Below are positions 49,672 through 60,383 of a DNA stretch of 64,000 nt, one piece after another. The stretch spans positions 1,115,031 to 1,179,030 of the forward strand of contig BPIR01000002.1 in the NCBI GenBank assembly GCA_026004215.1. The letters run 5' to 3'. Position 1 is the first letter of the stretch. Each line of letters starts with the position of its first letter. The DNA comes from Candidatus Binatia bacterium. Lineage in GTDB: Bacteria > Desulfobacterota > Binatia > HRBIN30. The notes beneath the pieces were generated by a model, which saw only the letters and a list, made by a program, of their open reading frames with translations, ran no database searches and was not told the DNA's origin. A program made the translations under genes and the position numbers.

Positions 49672-50783
49672 TCAACACCCAACGAGGCGAGCCGGGTCGA
49701 ACCAGGCCAGCTCCTCCGACCAATCGCGTAAAGCAGCGGCTGCCCCGAGACGGCCTGCGGCGTAGCTCGATGTCATGCCGTGGCCACCTAGCCCGGCCAC
49801 CCAGACGAGTCCTTGCACCGCCGGGTCGCGCCCGATCACGAAACGCTCGTCGCGTGCAAACGTGCGCAGGCACGCCCAGCCCTGCGCGATGCTCATGGTC
49901 ATCAGGCGGGGGAAAGCGCGCATGAGTTTTTCCGCCAGCAAGAGTTTGGCGTGTTCGTCTGTCCGAGGCTCGACGGCGGGATGAGGGGTGGCATCGCACG
50001 GGCTCAGCAGCAGCCCGTCTCCTTCGGGGCGGAAGTACGTGTCTACGTCTGCATGCCATACGAAGGGCCAGTGGGGATCCACCGCAAAGCCAGGCTTGCC
50101 GATAAAAAGGTGGCGGCGTCGGGGCTGCAGCGGCGGAACCGGCGAGTCCGCCAGCCTCCCCAGTTCGCTCGCCCACGCGCCCGCCGCGTTCACCAGTGTG
50201 CCGCAACTCCACGCCCCGGAAGGCGTGTGAACCTCGGCAATCTTTCCGTGGGCAACTTTGACGGAACAGACCGGCGCGGAGAAGAGGATTTGCGCACCGC
50301 GCGCCCGCGCTTCTTGGATATACACTTGCAACAAGCCGTGAATGTCGACGACCGCGTCACCCGGACTCCAGAGTCCGCCGATGGCATCCGATTCGGCCAG
50401 CACAGGCACGGCTCGCACGGCCTCGCTGGCGTCCCACCAGGCTGCACCTTCAGGAAGTCGCGTTACGAGACTTTGCAGTCGCCCGGCAGTTTGCGGCACT
50501 GAAGCCACGAGCAGCGAACCACAGTCGCGGAACAGTGGCCGTTTGGCGAGAGTGCTCGCTTCGCCTCGAATGAACGCCAGGCCTTCCTGTGCCAGTGTCG
50601 CTGCTTCCCACTCGTCGATCGAGGTAAAGCCAAGGGCTGCGTTGCGACCCGAGGCGTGGTATCCGGGCACCGCTTCACGCTCCAAGACGACGATTTTCCC
50701 CGCACCTCGGCGCGCCAAATGGAAAGCGGTTGCAGCCCCGGCGAAACCTGCCCCGACGATGACAATGTCTGCTGTGTTCACTG
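49672..50783 (-). CDS. FAD-dependent oxidoreductase (DAO/glycine-oxidase family).
   Basis: The N-terminal Rossmann sequence is ADIVIVGAGFAGAATAFHLARRG. A GTG start lies 12 nt after GAGG. Confidence 0.7.
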
Positions 50784-51250
50784 GAAAAGAAACCTCATGA
50801 GTGTTTGTTCGGTCCAGCGCCACGCGAATTCGGCGTGTCACGCGGCACCATCGCGACCACAACTTTATCGCCGGCGAGCGGCGTTGCTAGGGGAGCCCCG
50901 GAGGGTGCACCCTTGCGACGTGCCCGATGCGAAATTCTATGGAGGAAACATAACCGGTGGCCTGCGGCAAGGACACAAAGCGAAGCTGGGCGCGAGCCGG
51001 TTGTAGCGCGGAGGCGAAGCTCGGAGGTCACGGCGCCGCGACGCCGGCGAGCGGAAGAACTCAATGTTTCGTCGAAGTCCATTGACACCGGCCGAAGCTT
51101 CTGATTGGTTCAGTCCCGCTCGGTTCGGTTGTGAGGCCGAGGGTTAGCGAGTTGGTTCCTCAGGGGTGGCCGTCGCCCCTCAGGACGTAGTAGCGCAACG
51201 GCCGTCTGCGCGACACGCAGCTCGCGCTCAATAGAGATAAGGAGGAACCA

Positions 51251-51673
51251 ATGGGTATTCACGCAGGCAGCCACGTTTCGATCGAGTACACGCTACGCTT
51301 GGAGGATGGCCGGATCATCGAGAGCAACGTGGGCGAAGAAGCCTTCGAGTACACGCAAGGCAACGACGAGATCATCCCTGGGTTGGAGCAGGGCCTGGAG
51401 GGTCTGGACGTCGGCGATGCGAAAGAGATCCGCATCCCCCCAGAACTCGCGTACGGCCCAGTGTTGCCCGAAGCGTTTTACGAGGTGGCAAAGGATCTCG
51501 TTCCGCCCGGGGCATGGGTGGTGGGCACGGAATTGGTTGCGCGGGACTCCAGTGGCCGGGAGCGACAAGTGCGCGTCCACGAAGTGCGGGACGACACGAT
51601 CGTGATCGACGCCAATCATCCGCTGGCGGGGAAAACACTGATTTTCGACGTGCGCGTGCTGGCGGTGCGCTGA
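51251..51673 (+). CDS. FKBP-type peptidyl-prolyl cis-trans isomerase.
   Basis: The FKBP domain (HVSIEYTLRLEDG...FEYTQG...LEGLDVGD) follows a GGAGGAAC RBS. Confidence 0.85.
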   Translation: MGIHAGSHVSIEYTLRLEDGRIIESNVGEEAFEYTQGNDEIIPGLEQGLEGLDVGDAKEIRIPPELAYGPVLPEAFYEVAKDLVPPGAWVVGTELVARDSSGRERQVRVHEVRDDTIVIDANHPLAGKTLIFDVRVLAVR

Positions 51674-51958
51674 ACGGGCAAGCTCTCGGGATCGCACGAG
51701 CCTGCGGGCGCAGTGCATCCACGACCACGAACTCGGGCAACAGTGCGGGCGCTCCCGTGTCGGCTTGGTGGCAGGTCTTCGAGCCGGTGGGTTTCTCCTT
51801 GCGCCGATGCTCCCCAAGCGGGCCCGGCGCAAGCCGGGCCTCAGGCGAGGAGGCCTTTGCCGAGCGATAAGACGCGGTTACTGCCGCTCCTGACGCTCGC
51901 CCGGGCATCAATGGCGATGCCGGTGCGAGCAGGCATGGCGGGATGGTTACTGAGGCGA

Positions 51959-51978
51959 GGTCGCCCCTCGAAGCGACC
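51959..51978. terminator. Short hairpin GGTCGC-N8-GCGACC between convergent FKBP and PLP-enzyme genes.
   Basis: This is a 6-bp stem with no U-tract. It is a weak call. Confidence 0.2.
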
Positions 51979-52002
51979 CCGCTCTCTGGATGCACAAATT
52001 CC

Positions 52003-53406
52003 TCAACGCAACTTGTACCAGCCGTCCATGTAGTCCTTCATGGCCTCGGCGAGAAAGCCGCGGTCGGGTAGCGTGTTGGCCATGCCGTAAATGGGCGCTT
52101 GGCCACCCGACACGTCTGGATGGGCTTTGACGAACTCGACCGAAGCGCGCAGGTCTTCCAGAAACCGTTCGGCCACTCCGGGCTGCGTATGCCGGAGCGT
52201 CACGCAAATGTGCAAGCTCGCTGGACGTTGCAAGCCATTGAGGCTCCAGCCACGGTCGGTCATGGCATCGAGCACCTTGTAAATGTCAATCTCGTGCGCC
52301 GCGAAGGCGATCACGAACAGCGGATCCCCGAGAACGTACAGTTCCGGAATTTCCGCAATGCCCTTCTTGATTTTTTCTGCAGTTTGCAAAATGCGGCGCG
52401 TGGCCTCGAGGTAACCATTTTCCCCGAAGGCCACCAAGGCGGCCCAACATGCGGCGCTCAAGCCGCCCGGACGACTACCCGCGAAAGTGGGGGAGCAATA
52501 CAGCCCGCCCGGCCAATCCGTCGCTGTGAAGTATTGGTAGCGCCGCAATTCCCGGCCGCGGTACAAAATGACCGATGTCCCTTTGGCGGCGTAGCCGAAC
52601 TTGTGGGTATCCACCGAAATCGAGGTCACTCCGGGAAGGCGGAAATCAAACGGGGGAACGGGATAGCCGAGCTTTTCCGCCCACGGCAGCACGAAACCGC
52701 CCAGGCAAGCGTCGGTGTGAAATCCGATACCGCGATTGCGGGCAATTTCCGAAAGCTCTTCGATGGGATCCACGATTCCGTGGGGAAACGGCGGCGCTGA
52801 GCCCACCACGACAATCGTGTTGTCGTTGATTGCCGCCTCCATAGCGCGGACGTCGGCGCGCCAGTCGGGTCCGATGGGGACATGATGAATCTTGATGCCG
52901 AAGTATTGTGCCGCCTTGTCGAACGCGGCGTGCGCGGTTGTCGGCACCACCATCTCCGGCTGCGTGATCCCCTTCTTGTCGCGCGCGTAGTCGCGGTACG
53001 TTTTCATCGCGAGCAAGATGCTCTCGGTACCACCAGAGGTGACCGTGCCCACGATCTCGGCGGCGCTGCCCGGCTCGGTTCCGGGACTTCCGGCACCGAG
53101 CATGTGGGCCACCATGGAGACGATTTCCGACTCGAATTTGATCGCACTGGGCCACAAGTCCACATGCAACGGGTTCGACTGCGAGTGGAGCGCGTACGCC
53201 TGATTGAGGAACTCCACATGCTCGTCTGCTCCGTGATACACCGCCCCCGAGGCATACCCGGCCTTCCAGCGCTGCTCTTCGAGTTCTTTCATCTCGCGCA
53301 ACACCGCCAGGACTTCCGGCCGCGGCACCCCTTCCGCGGGTAAGCGCGCGTAAGAGCGAAAACGTTGCCGGTAGGTGTGAATGTCTGCCTTCTTCTCCTC
53401 GGCCAT
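52003..53406 (-). CDS. PLP-dependent group II decarboxylase-fold enzyme, sphingosine-1-phosphate-lyase-like.
   Basis: A PLP-lysine context [16 protein letters not shown] is present. The protein is about 467 aa and has an S1P-lyase/glutamate-decarboxylase-like layout. Confidence 0.7.
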   Translation of the reverse strand: MAEEKKADIHTYRQRFRSYARLPAEGVPRPEVLAVLREMKELEEQRWKAGYASGAVYHGADEHVEFLNQAYALHSQSNPLHVDLWPSAIKFESEIVSMVAHMLGAGSPGTEPGSAAEIVGTVTSGGTESILLAMKTYRDYARDKKGITQPEMVVPTTAHAAFDKAAQYFGIKIHHVPIGPDWRADVRAMEAAINDNTIVVVGSAPPFPHGIVDPIEELSEIARNRGIGFHTDACLGGFVLPWAEKLGYPVPPFDFRLPGVTSISVDTHKFGYAAKGTSVILYRGRELRRYQYFTATDWPGGLYCSPTFAGSRPGGLSAACWAALVAFGENGYLEATRRILQTAEKIKKGIAEIPELYVLGDPLFVIAFAAHEIDIYKVLDAMTDRGWSLNGLQRPASLHICVTLRHTQPGVAERFLEDLRASVEFVKAHPDVSGGQAPIYGMANTLPDRGFLAEAMKDYMDGWYKLR

Positions 53407-53508
53407 GGCGGCCCGTGTAGCGCACCGGTAGCGGCGAAGCGAGTGAAGCCCGTGGGTTGACAGGCGCAGCGTTTTCGTTCACGCCGCCAAGCGCGAACGG
53501 AGGAACCC

Positions 53509-54261
53509 ATGGAACGATTTCGCGACAAGATCGCCTTGATTACCGGTGCCGGTTCGGGAATTGGTCGCGCCACCGCACAGCGATTGGCTTCCGAAGGAGC
53601 CAAAGTGTTTTGCACCGACGTGAACGAGGTCGGGCTCGCCGAGACCCTGACCGCAGTGCGCGAGAGTGGCGGCGAGGCCTTTGGCGAGTGGTGCGACGTG
53701 AGCCAACCGGATGCGGTGCGGAGGAGCGTGCAGTCTTGCCTGGATCACTTCGGGGCCATCGACGTTCTAGCCAACATCGCGGGTGTGGGACGATTTCAGC
53801 ACACGCTCGACGTCACCGTCGAAGAGTGGAACCGCACCTTGGCGGTAAATTTGTCCGGCACGTTTTACATGTGCCAGGCAGCACTGCCGGCTTTGCTCGA
53901 CCGCCAAGGTGCGATCGTGAACATGGCGTCTTCCGCCGGGCTCATCGGCCAGGCCTACAGCGCAGCCTATTGCGCCTCGAAAGGAGGGGTGGTGCAACTG
54001 ACGAAAGCTCTCGCCGTGGAGTTCGCCCGCCGCGGGGTGCGGGTCAACTGCGTGTGCCCCGGGGGGATCGATACGCCTTTCCTGGCCGGTTTTCGCCCAC
54101 CTGCGGGTGCGGAACTGGACTTGATTGCGCGCCTCAAGCTCGTCGACGAAAAAGCCTCGCCGGAAGCAGTGGCGGCTGCAGTGGCGTATCTCGCCTCGGA
54201 CGAGGCGCGCTACGTCAACGGTGCGGTGTTGTCCGTGGATGCCGGGCTCGTGATCTCGTAA
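53509..54261 (+). CDS. SDR-family oxidoreductase (FabG-like).
   Basis: The cofactor and catalytic motifs TGAGSGIGRA, NIAG and YCASKGG are present. Confidence 0.85.
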   Translation: MERFRDKIALITGAGSGIGRATAQRLASEGAKVFCTDVNEVGLAETLTAVRESGGEAFGEWCDVSQPDAVRRSVQSCLDHFGAIDVLANIAGVGRFQHTLDVTVEEWNRTLAVNLSGTFYMCQAALPALLDRQGAIVNMASSAGLIGQAYSAAYCASKGGVVQLTKALAVEFARRGVRVNCVCPGGIDTPFLAGFRPPAGAELDLIARLKLVDEKASPEAVAAAVAYLASDEARYVNGAVLSVDAGLVIS

Positions 54262-54274
54262 CCGTTGGCCCTGC

Positions 54275-54616
54275 CTAGGAGTCGCGCTTGACCGGTGTGT
54301 AAATGGGTGCCGGCAGTGGTGTCACCTTGCCGGAGGCTTCCGAGAGAGCATAAACCTTCGCTTGCCCTCGCTTTTCCACTGCATCGATCCGCAAAATCGA
54401 ATGAATCGGAATGTAAGTACGCTCGGCACCTTCGAACTCACGCTGCAACGCCTCTTCGGAAGGGTCCACAACGACGTTGGACTTCGCGCCAAAAATCAAC
54501 CCTTCGAGCTCGATGAATCCGAACAGAGACGATTGGCTCACTTGCTTGGCGTACAGCTCGTACACGCGCCCCTGGTTGTGAAAGACGACTTTGTAGAGCA
54601 GTTTCTTTTGCGCCAT
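54275..54616 (-). CDS. Small conserved hypothetical protein (113 aa).
   Basis: Only the last 113 codons of the 412-aa ORF look genic: MAQKKLLYKVVFHNQGRVYELYAKQ... The upstream part is overlap artefact. Confidence 0.4.
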   Translation of the reverse strand: MAQKKLLYKVVFHNQGRVYELYAKQVSQSSLFGFIELEGLIFGAKSNVVVDPSEEALQREFEGAERTYIPIHSILRIDAVEKRGQAKVYALSEASGKVTPLPAPIYTPVKRDS

Positions 54617-54792
54617 GCGACAGCCGATTAACGGGGAGCACACAGCCTGGCAACCCGCCGCTCGGCGCGTTCCACTCGCATGCGGCAACGCTGGCGATCC
54701 GGAGGCGAATGTGGGGGCAGTGCGAGCGGGCGAACTCTCGCTGATTTGCGAGCCGACACGGAGCGGGACAAGCAAATCGCTCCGATCAGCGG

Positions 54793-56025
54793 CTAGAAGA
54801 AGACGTGCGCTTCGAGCAGCAACACGTTTTGGTTGTGGGTGGGGTCCGACCGAATGCCGTTGTTGATGCGGTAAAACAGGCGGGGTTGCACGAAACGGTT
54901 CAAAAACGGCTCCAGTCCGATGCTGACGCGGTTCTCCGCATCGTTGGCTGTATCCAGTATGGTGGCGCTGCCCACTTGGCGCGTAAGGCGCCCATCGCTG
55001 TCCGCATAGTCCACCGCAGCCTTGATGTTGAGCCAGCCAAAAAGCAGGTAGTCCGCTTCGCCGTAGGCGAGGAACTGGCCGACCCGCCGGCCGAGCGTGG
55101 CGCGGCCCTTGTCGCTGCGGAAGTCCACTTCGCCGAGAAGCGTCAGCGGGCCGAGATTCGTGCCCGCGAAGAATCCGAACACGACGGTTTCTCCGCTGGG
55201 CGGCGCGACCCGTGATGCCGAACCGCCGAGCAACAAGGTCCGGACAACCGGGACGTCGTCGTACACGGTGTAAATGGTTCCCACTGTGCGGACATCTCGA
55301 TCGCCAGCGCTTCCATCCGTGACGGAGAACAGCAGCGACCACTTGCCCGGTTCGAACCCAATCAATGCCCCGGGCTCCTGCAAATTGAAGCTGAATCCTG
55401 TGCTCGCCGAACTGGAGCCGCGGGATCGCCCGCCCCGAATGAAGGCTTCGTCGTCTTGCAATTGCAATCCGTAGGGCAAAAACATGCGGCCGACTTTGAT
55501 AAATCCGTCCCACGGAAGAAATCCTTTCACGAGAGCAAAGGCCTCCCGCGTGTCCACCGTGGGCTGGAAGCGCTGATCGATGTAAAAGGTGACGCGGTCA
55601 GGAATGAGACGCAGCTCCCCGTACACGGTGGCCTGCGTGACTTCGAGGCGTGTTTGCTCCAAACGGCCGCGAAACGCTCGATCGTTGCGCACCCGCCCCG
55701 TGGCGCCGAGCGACTGAAAAATCCAACTCGCGCTCGTACGCAAGTCGCCGCCCAAGGCAACGTAGGGATTGATTTCGCCGGTGAAGAACTCGACGGGGCG
55801 AGAAAACGGGCCGAGAAAGTCGGGATAGTGCAGCAGATCCTTCGCGTGCGTGCTCACCAAATCGGTGCGCTTGCCGCCACCCGTTACGTTCGTATGGCAC
55901 GCACTGCAGCGCATGCCTTCACGCACCGCGATGTAAGGTTCGGCGCGCGCCGCCTCGCTGCACAGAAGGGCCGCTGCCCAAACCCATAGCCCGACCAATC
56001 CCGCACGAGTCCACCGCCACAACAT
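54793..56025 (-). CDS. Predicted outer-membrane beta-barrel protein with signal peptide and a CSACH (CxxCH) motif near the mature N-terminus.
   Basis: The signal LWVWAAALLCSEAARA|EP is followed by alternating amphipathic strands and a C-terminal ...LLLEAHVFF (terminal Phe). Confidence 0.5.
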   Translation of the reverse strand: MLWRWTRAGLVGLWVWAAALLCSEAARAEPYIAVREGMRCSACHTNVTGGGKRTDLVSTHAKDLLHYPDFLGPFSRPVEFFTGEINPYVALGGDLRTSASWIFQSLGATGRVRNDRAFRGRLEQTRLEVTQATVYGELRLIPDRVTFYIDQRFQPTVDTREAFALVKGFLPWDGFIKVGRMFLPYGLQLQDDEAFIRGGRSRGSSSASTGFSFNLQEPGALIGFEPGKWSLLFSVTDGSAGDRDVRTVGTIYTVYDDVPVVRTLLLGGSASRVAPPSGETVVFGFFAGTNLGPLTLLGEVDFRSDKGRATLGRRVGQFLAYGEADYLLFGWLNIKAAVDYADSDGRLTRQVGSATILDTANDAENRVSIGLEPFLNRFVQPRLFYRINNGIRSDPTHNQNVLLLEAHVFF

Positions 56026-56127
56026 TGCGCGCCACGATGGCCAAAAGCTGGAAGAAGTTCAACCATGTTGATGTGAAGCGCTGCCCCCTTGCACGGCCTA
56101 CTCGTGGTGCGAAAAACCCCGGCGCGC

Positions 56128-57015
56128 ATGAAAGAGACAGCTAGTGCCGCCTGCCTAGCGGCGACCGAGGTGACCTTTGGGTATTCCGGGCGGTCTCCGG
56201 TACTGCGGGAAGTTAGCGTTGCGCTCGGGCCGGGCGAAATCCTCGGCATCCTGGGTCCGAACGGGTCGGGAAAGTCTACCCTGCTCCGATTGTTGAGCGG
56301 TTGGCTTGTGCCCCAGCGAGGCACGGTGGAGCTCTGGGGGCGTGAGATCTCTCACTACAAGCCGCGGGAGATCGCCAAGGAAATTGCGGTGGTTCCGCAA
56401 GAAACTCGCGTGGACTTCCCGTTCACCGTCATGCAGCTCGTGTTGATGGGGCGCACACCCTACTTGCACGGGTTTGCGTTCGAATCCGAGGCAGATCTCG
56501 CTCGCGCACAGGCAGCGATGGAACGAGTCGGTGTCGCTCACTTGGCGGGCCGTCTGGTGCAGGAACTCAGTGGCGGAGAACGCCAGCGCGTGGTGCTCGC
56601 TCGGGCTTTGGCGCAAGACACTCGCATTTTGCTTCTGGACGAGCCTGGGGCCTTCCTCGACCTCCATCACGTGGTGGCCATTTACGACCTTTTGCGCGAC
56701 CTCGCCGACGAGGGCCGGGGTATCGTTACGGTGCTGCACGATCTGAACCTCGCTTCGTTGTACTGCGACCGGGTTGTGCTTTTGCATTCCGGAACGGTCC
56801 ATTGCGCGGGTACGCCGGCAGAGGTCATCACGTACAAAAACATCACCGAAGTGTACGACACAGAAGTGTACGTGGACGTCAACGATTTGACCGGAGCGGT
56901 GAACGTGCTGCCGCTCAGTCGGCCGTATCGGGAGCAGTTGAAACGCGAGTTTGGCGAGGGCAAGCTGCCGCGGGCTCGCACCGAAGTGCGGGCAAGAGGA
57001 GGAGCAGGGCAATGA
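56128..57015 (+). CDS. Iron-siderophore/heme/B12-type ABC transporter ATP-binding protein (FecE/HmuV-like).
   Basis: Motifs GPNGSGKSTLL, LSGGERQRV and LLLDEP are present. An alternative TTG start lies at 56089. Confidence 0.75.
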   Translation: MKETASAACLAATEVTFGYSGRSPVLREVSVALGPGEILGILGPNGSGKSTLLRLLSGWLVPQRGTVELWGREISHYKPREIAKEIAVVPQETRVDFPFTVMQLVLMGRTPYLHGFAFESEADLARAQAAMERVGVAHLAGRLVQELSGGERQRVVLARALAQDTRILLLDEPGAFLDLHHVVAIYDLLRDLADEGRGIVTVLHDLNLASLYCDRVVLLHSGTVHCAGTPAEVITYKNITEVYDTEVYVDVNDLTGAVNVLPLSRPYREQLKREFGEGKLPRARTEVRARGGAGQ

Positions 57016-57479
57016 GTGGACGTGTCACGCGTTCGGTTTCCCTGGGTGTCGTGCTGGCTTGTGTCTGTGCATTTCTGCTTCCCGGAGCGGCCCCCGCTCT
57101 CGAATCTGAAATCGCCAAAGCTCTGGAAAACAGCAAATACGTGTACATCTCCAGCCAACGGAAGGATGGCTCGTGGAGTCGGCCTGCGGAGATTTGGTTC
57201 CTCTATCACAACGGGGCGGTTTATGTCGGCACCTCGCCGCAGTCGTGGCGTGCAAAGCGCATTCGGTGGGGCCGCCCGCGAGCGAAAATTGCGGTCGGCA
57301 AGCCGGAGGGTCCGACTTTTTTTGCGCGCGGCGCGATCGTGAACGAGCCCGCGACTGTGGAGAAAATGGTCGAAGTGTACGCCAAGAAATACAGCGATCG
57401 CTGGGCCAAGCACGAAGAAAGCTTTCGCAACGGTTTTCGCGATGGGCGGCGGGTGCTGATTCGCTACACGCCGGAGTAA
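57012..57479 (+). CDS. Secreted hypothetical protein (possible PNPOx-like split-barrel).
   Basis: The start overlaps the ATPase stop (ATGA). A signal peptide is present, along with the stretch YVYISSQRKDGSWSRPAEIWFLYHNGAVYVGT. Confidence 0.4.
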   Translation: MSGRVTRSVSLGVVLACVCAFLLPGAAPALESEIAKALENSKYVYISSQRKDGSWSRPAEIWFLYHNGAVYVGTSPQSWRAKRIRWGRPRAKIAVGKPEGPTFFARGAIVNEPATVEKMVEVYAKKYSDRWAKHEESFRNGFRDGRRVLIRYTPE

Positions 57480-57516
57480 AGGCTGGCGGAGGCCTGTACC
57501 GGCGAGCCGCTGTGGG

Positions 57517-59142
57517 ATGCGCTCCTCGAACTCGAAACAACCAGGCTGGCGGGAAACGACGGCCAGGGGCTGCACCGGGCTGCCTGTGCGGAACCTCCGT
57601 GAGCGGAGGCACGAGGCGTGGAGTGTGTCTTTCTGGCATTGTGCGACCGGGTTTGCTTGCCTGATTGCTGCGGCGGTGGGCTTCGGGTGCCACACGCAAA
57701 AGAGTGCGCCCTCCAGCCGCAAGCATACCGTGGCGCGGGAACTGTTGCGTTTGCCCCCGACTGCGCGGCGGACCAGTCTCGCGATTGGTTCGGACGGGTT
57801 GCACTTTGCGTATGCCGAACCCACTACCGCTGGGCAGCGTGTGGTCTTCGAGGGCGGGGCCGATCCCGAATTCGAAGAGGTAGGGAACCCGGTGTTGCTG
57901 CGAGAAACGCACACGCGTCTATACTGGGCCTTCGAGCGCCGGCTCGGACAGCAACGGCTGGCGATTGTCGAGAATGGCCGTGCCTTCGACACGCCGTGCG
58001 CACAACCGGGTGCGTTCTGGCTCAGTCGTAACGGAAAGCGCTGGGCCACGGTGTGTGCCCTTGCGACCGAAGGCGCAGAGCCGCAAAACGGAAAACGCGC
58101 CGCGGTGTTGTCGAATGGGGAGGTCATAGGCTCGTATGGCGACGTTTCGGTTCCGACATTGAGCGCCGACGGGGCTCATGTGGCGTTTGTGGCGGAGCGG
58201 GACGACGGGCAGCATGTTCTGGTGATCGACGGGCAAGAGCGCCGGCTCCTCGAAGCGCCGCCGAAAGAAAAAGCTTCGCCCGCGATGCGGCTATCGAGCC
58301 GCCCGCCCGGGCTTCGGCAGTTTCGGGTGACGTATCTGACCGATGGCAGCCTAATGGCACTGATATACGACGCGGACGGATGGGCGGTGTATCGTAACGA
58401 TCAGCGCATCGCGTCGTTTGCGCACGTGTGGAGTCTCGAAGGTGAGTTCGCTGTGGGTTTCGATCAGTTCCGCACTGCGCCCACGATATTGGCGGGATCG
58501 CTGACGAGTGCGGACGAGGCTCCGGCTTTTGCGTGGTGGGAGAAGGTGCCGGGCCAGGAAACCCAGTGGCGTGTGGTCCGTAATGGCGAAGCGCTGCCGG
58601 TGGTGTGCGAGCACTATTGGGAGCAAGGACCCCCGTTACTTTCCGACGATGGCGCCCATGTGGCCTTCCCTTGTTGGCGGGCTTTGCCGGTGAGCCGTGA
58701 CACTTTGCTGGATGTGGTTGCCCATGGGCAGCGTTGGGGCCCGTACTATGCCGTGTGGGGTCTGGCTTTTTCGCCCGACGGCCGTCATGTGGCGTACGCG
58801 GCGGCGGAAGACGTGGAGCGCGCTAAGTGGCGGTATTTCATCGGTGGCCGCCCCTTCCCGCTAGCCTACAGCGAAGCGTGGCGCCCTCGTTTTTCACCCG
58901 ATGGGAGACACCTGGCCTGGGAAGCCATGTGGAAAAATCGCATGGTGGCGGTGCTCGATGGAGACAGCGTGTTTTCCTACGATGCCGTGCTCTGGGGCCC
59001 GGAGTTTCCGCGCCCGAACACCGTGGCGTGGGTGGTCCGCCGCGGCCAGCGTGTGTATCGGGTGGAAACCGAGTACGGCCTTCCTGGGAAACCCGCGAAC
59101 TTCTGGGAGCGGCTGCGCAGGGTCCTGAGCCATGGCGAGTAA
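57517..59142 (+). CDS. PD40/TolB-like beta-propeller repeat protein, probably secreted or lipoprotein. The start is uncertain.
   Basis: Repeated SxDGxHVAF/SPDGRHxA units are present. A hydrophobic lipobox-like segment ACLIAAAVGFGC lies 50 codons in. Confidence 0.5.
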   Translation: MRSSNSKQPGWRETTARGCTGLPVRNLRERRHEAWSVSFWHCATGFACLIAAAVGFGCHTQKSAPSSRKHTVARELLRLPPTARRTSLAIGSDGLHFAYAEPTTAGQRVVFEGGADPEFEEVGNPVLLRETHTRLYWAFERRLGQQRLAIVENGRAFDTPCAQPGAFWLSRNGKRWATVCALATEGAEPQNGKRAAVLSNGEVIGSYGDVSVPTLSADGAHVAFVAERDDGQHVLVIDGQERRLLEAPPKEKASPAMRLSSRPPGLRQFRVTYLTDGSLMALIYDADGWAVYRNDQRIASFAHVWSLEGEFAVGFDQFRTAPTILAGSLTSADEAPAFAWWEKVPGQETQWRVVRNGEALPVVCEHYWEQGPPLLSDDGAHVAFPCWRALPVSRDTLLDVVAHGQRWGPYYAVWGLAFSPDGRHVAYAAAEDVERAKWRYFIGGRPFPLAYSEAWRPRFSPDGRHLAWEAMWKNRMVAVLDGDSVFSYDAVLWGPEFPRPNTVAWVVRRGQRVYRVETEYGLPGKPANFWERLRRVLSHGE

Positions 59143-59370
59143 TGCACAGCGTGCAGCGGAAGGTTGGGCAGGCGGAATAGCAGCGGGGCATCGAGCGGCC
59201 TGTCTTGCCAGCCTTGCAGCGTAGCGGGCACGCGTTGGCGGTTGCATGGCTTCGCAATGCATGTGGCCCCCGTGCTCTATCTTTGCCGTCTTACCATGGG
59301 GTTGTTTGCGGGTTTCCCGCAACCCACCGAGCCCCTATGCAGGCTGAGATTGTCCGGGCATAATCGGGGC

Positions 59371-60300
59371 ATGCGGGCACGACTTCCCTCCGTGCGGCGC
59401 TGGTTGCGGGGCTTTGGGCGCGTCGCCGATCCGCGCATCAGTTTGGCGTCATTGGCGGCGGTTGCGCTGGCTGCGGCGGTTGCTGCGAAGCACGGCCATT
59501 GGGCCCCTCAGTGGCTCGTGGCCGTAATCGCGGGAATTTTCGCTCTGGAGTGGGCGAAAAATGCCTCCGGAGAGATTTTCGACTTCCGTTCGGGCGTGGA
59601 TGCTGCCGTGGCACCGAAGGACCGCAGCCCCTTCTCTGGCGGCAAGCGGGTACTTGTGGATGGAATGTTAACTGTGGGGGAGACTCGTTCGATCAGCCTC
59701 GTGGGATACGCTCTTTGTGCTCTCGTGGGAGGCGTCATTGCCGTCTTCCGGGAGCCGCTCGCGTTACCCTTGGGCCTCATCGGCGCCGCACTGGCTTACT
59801 ATTACCACGCGCCACCCCTGCAGCTTGCCTATCGGGGTTTCGGTGAGTTGGCCGTGTTTGTGGCTTACGGCCCACTGCTGACCGTTGGTACTTACCGTGT
59901 GCTGGCGACCTCGTGGTCGGCGGAAGTCCTTTGGATTTCCTTAGTGTACGGGCTTCTGGTGGCCGCGTTCTTGTGGATCAACGAGTTTCCCGACTTCGAG
60001 GCGGATCGCTCGGCGGGTAAGCGCACCTGTGTCGTTCGGTTGGGAAAGAGGCGGGCTGCCGTTGTCTTCGCCTTTCTATGTGCAGGCGCGTGGCTTGGGT
60101 TTCTCGTGGCCCTCCTCTGGGCACTTCCTCGCCTCGTGGCGCTGGGTCTTGCGGGCGCGTTCTTTTCGCTCCGCGCCTCGCTCCAGCTCTTGCGGGCTGG
60201 GGAGGCGACACCCGCAATCATTCCGGCTCAAAAGGACACGCTCGTTGCCTTTGTCGTTTTCGCATTGGGCGTGAGCCTAGGTTGCCTAGGCAGCCGATGA
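59371..60300 (+). CDS. UbiA-family prenyltransferase (MenA-like).
   Basis: The protein has about 8-9 TM segments. The sequence NEFPDFEADRSAGKRTCVVRLG is typical of MenA/UbiA. The ATG at 59371 is in frame within the longer TTG-initiated ORF. Confidence 0.65.
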   Translation: MRARLPSVRRWLRGFGRVADPRISLASLAAVALAAAVAAKHGHWAPQWLVAVIAGIFALEWAKNASGEIFDFRSGVDAAVAPKDRSPFSGGKRVLVDGMLTVGETRSISLVGYALCALVGGVIAVFREPLALPLGLIGAALAYYYHAPPLQLAYRGFGELAVFVAYGPLLTVGTYRVLATSWSAEVLWISLVYGLLVAAFLWINEFPDFEADRSAGKRTCVVRLGKRRAAVVFAFLCAGAWLGFLVALLWALPRLVALGLAGAFFSLRASLQLLRAGEATPAIIPAQKDTLVAFVVFALGVSLGCLGSR

Positions 60301-60383
60301 CCCGAGGAAGGGGGCCAACGGTGAGTGCGGGCGGCCACCGCAAGTCGTTGACAAACTTCGACCAACTCGGCGAAACACGGTTC

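Noticed and set aside
51060-51110. TTGACA hexamer upstream of FKBP, considered as a promoter.
   Set aside because: No acceptable -10 hexamer lies at 16-18 bp spacing, and it is about 170 bp from the start codon.
54617-55513. Upstream 300 codons of the 412-aa minus-strand ORF.
   Set aside because: It overlaps the well-supported OMP gene (54793..56025) in another frame. Only the terminal 113 codons have protein-like composition.
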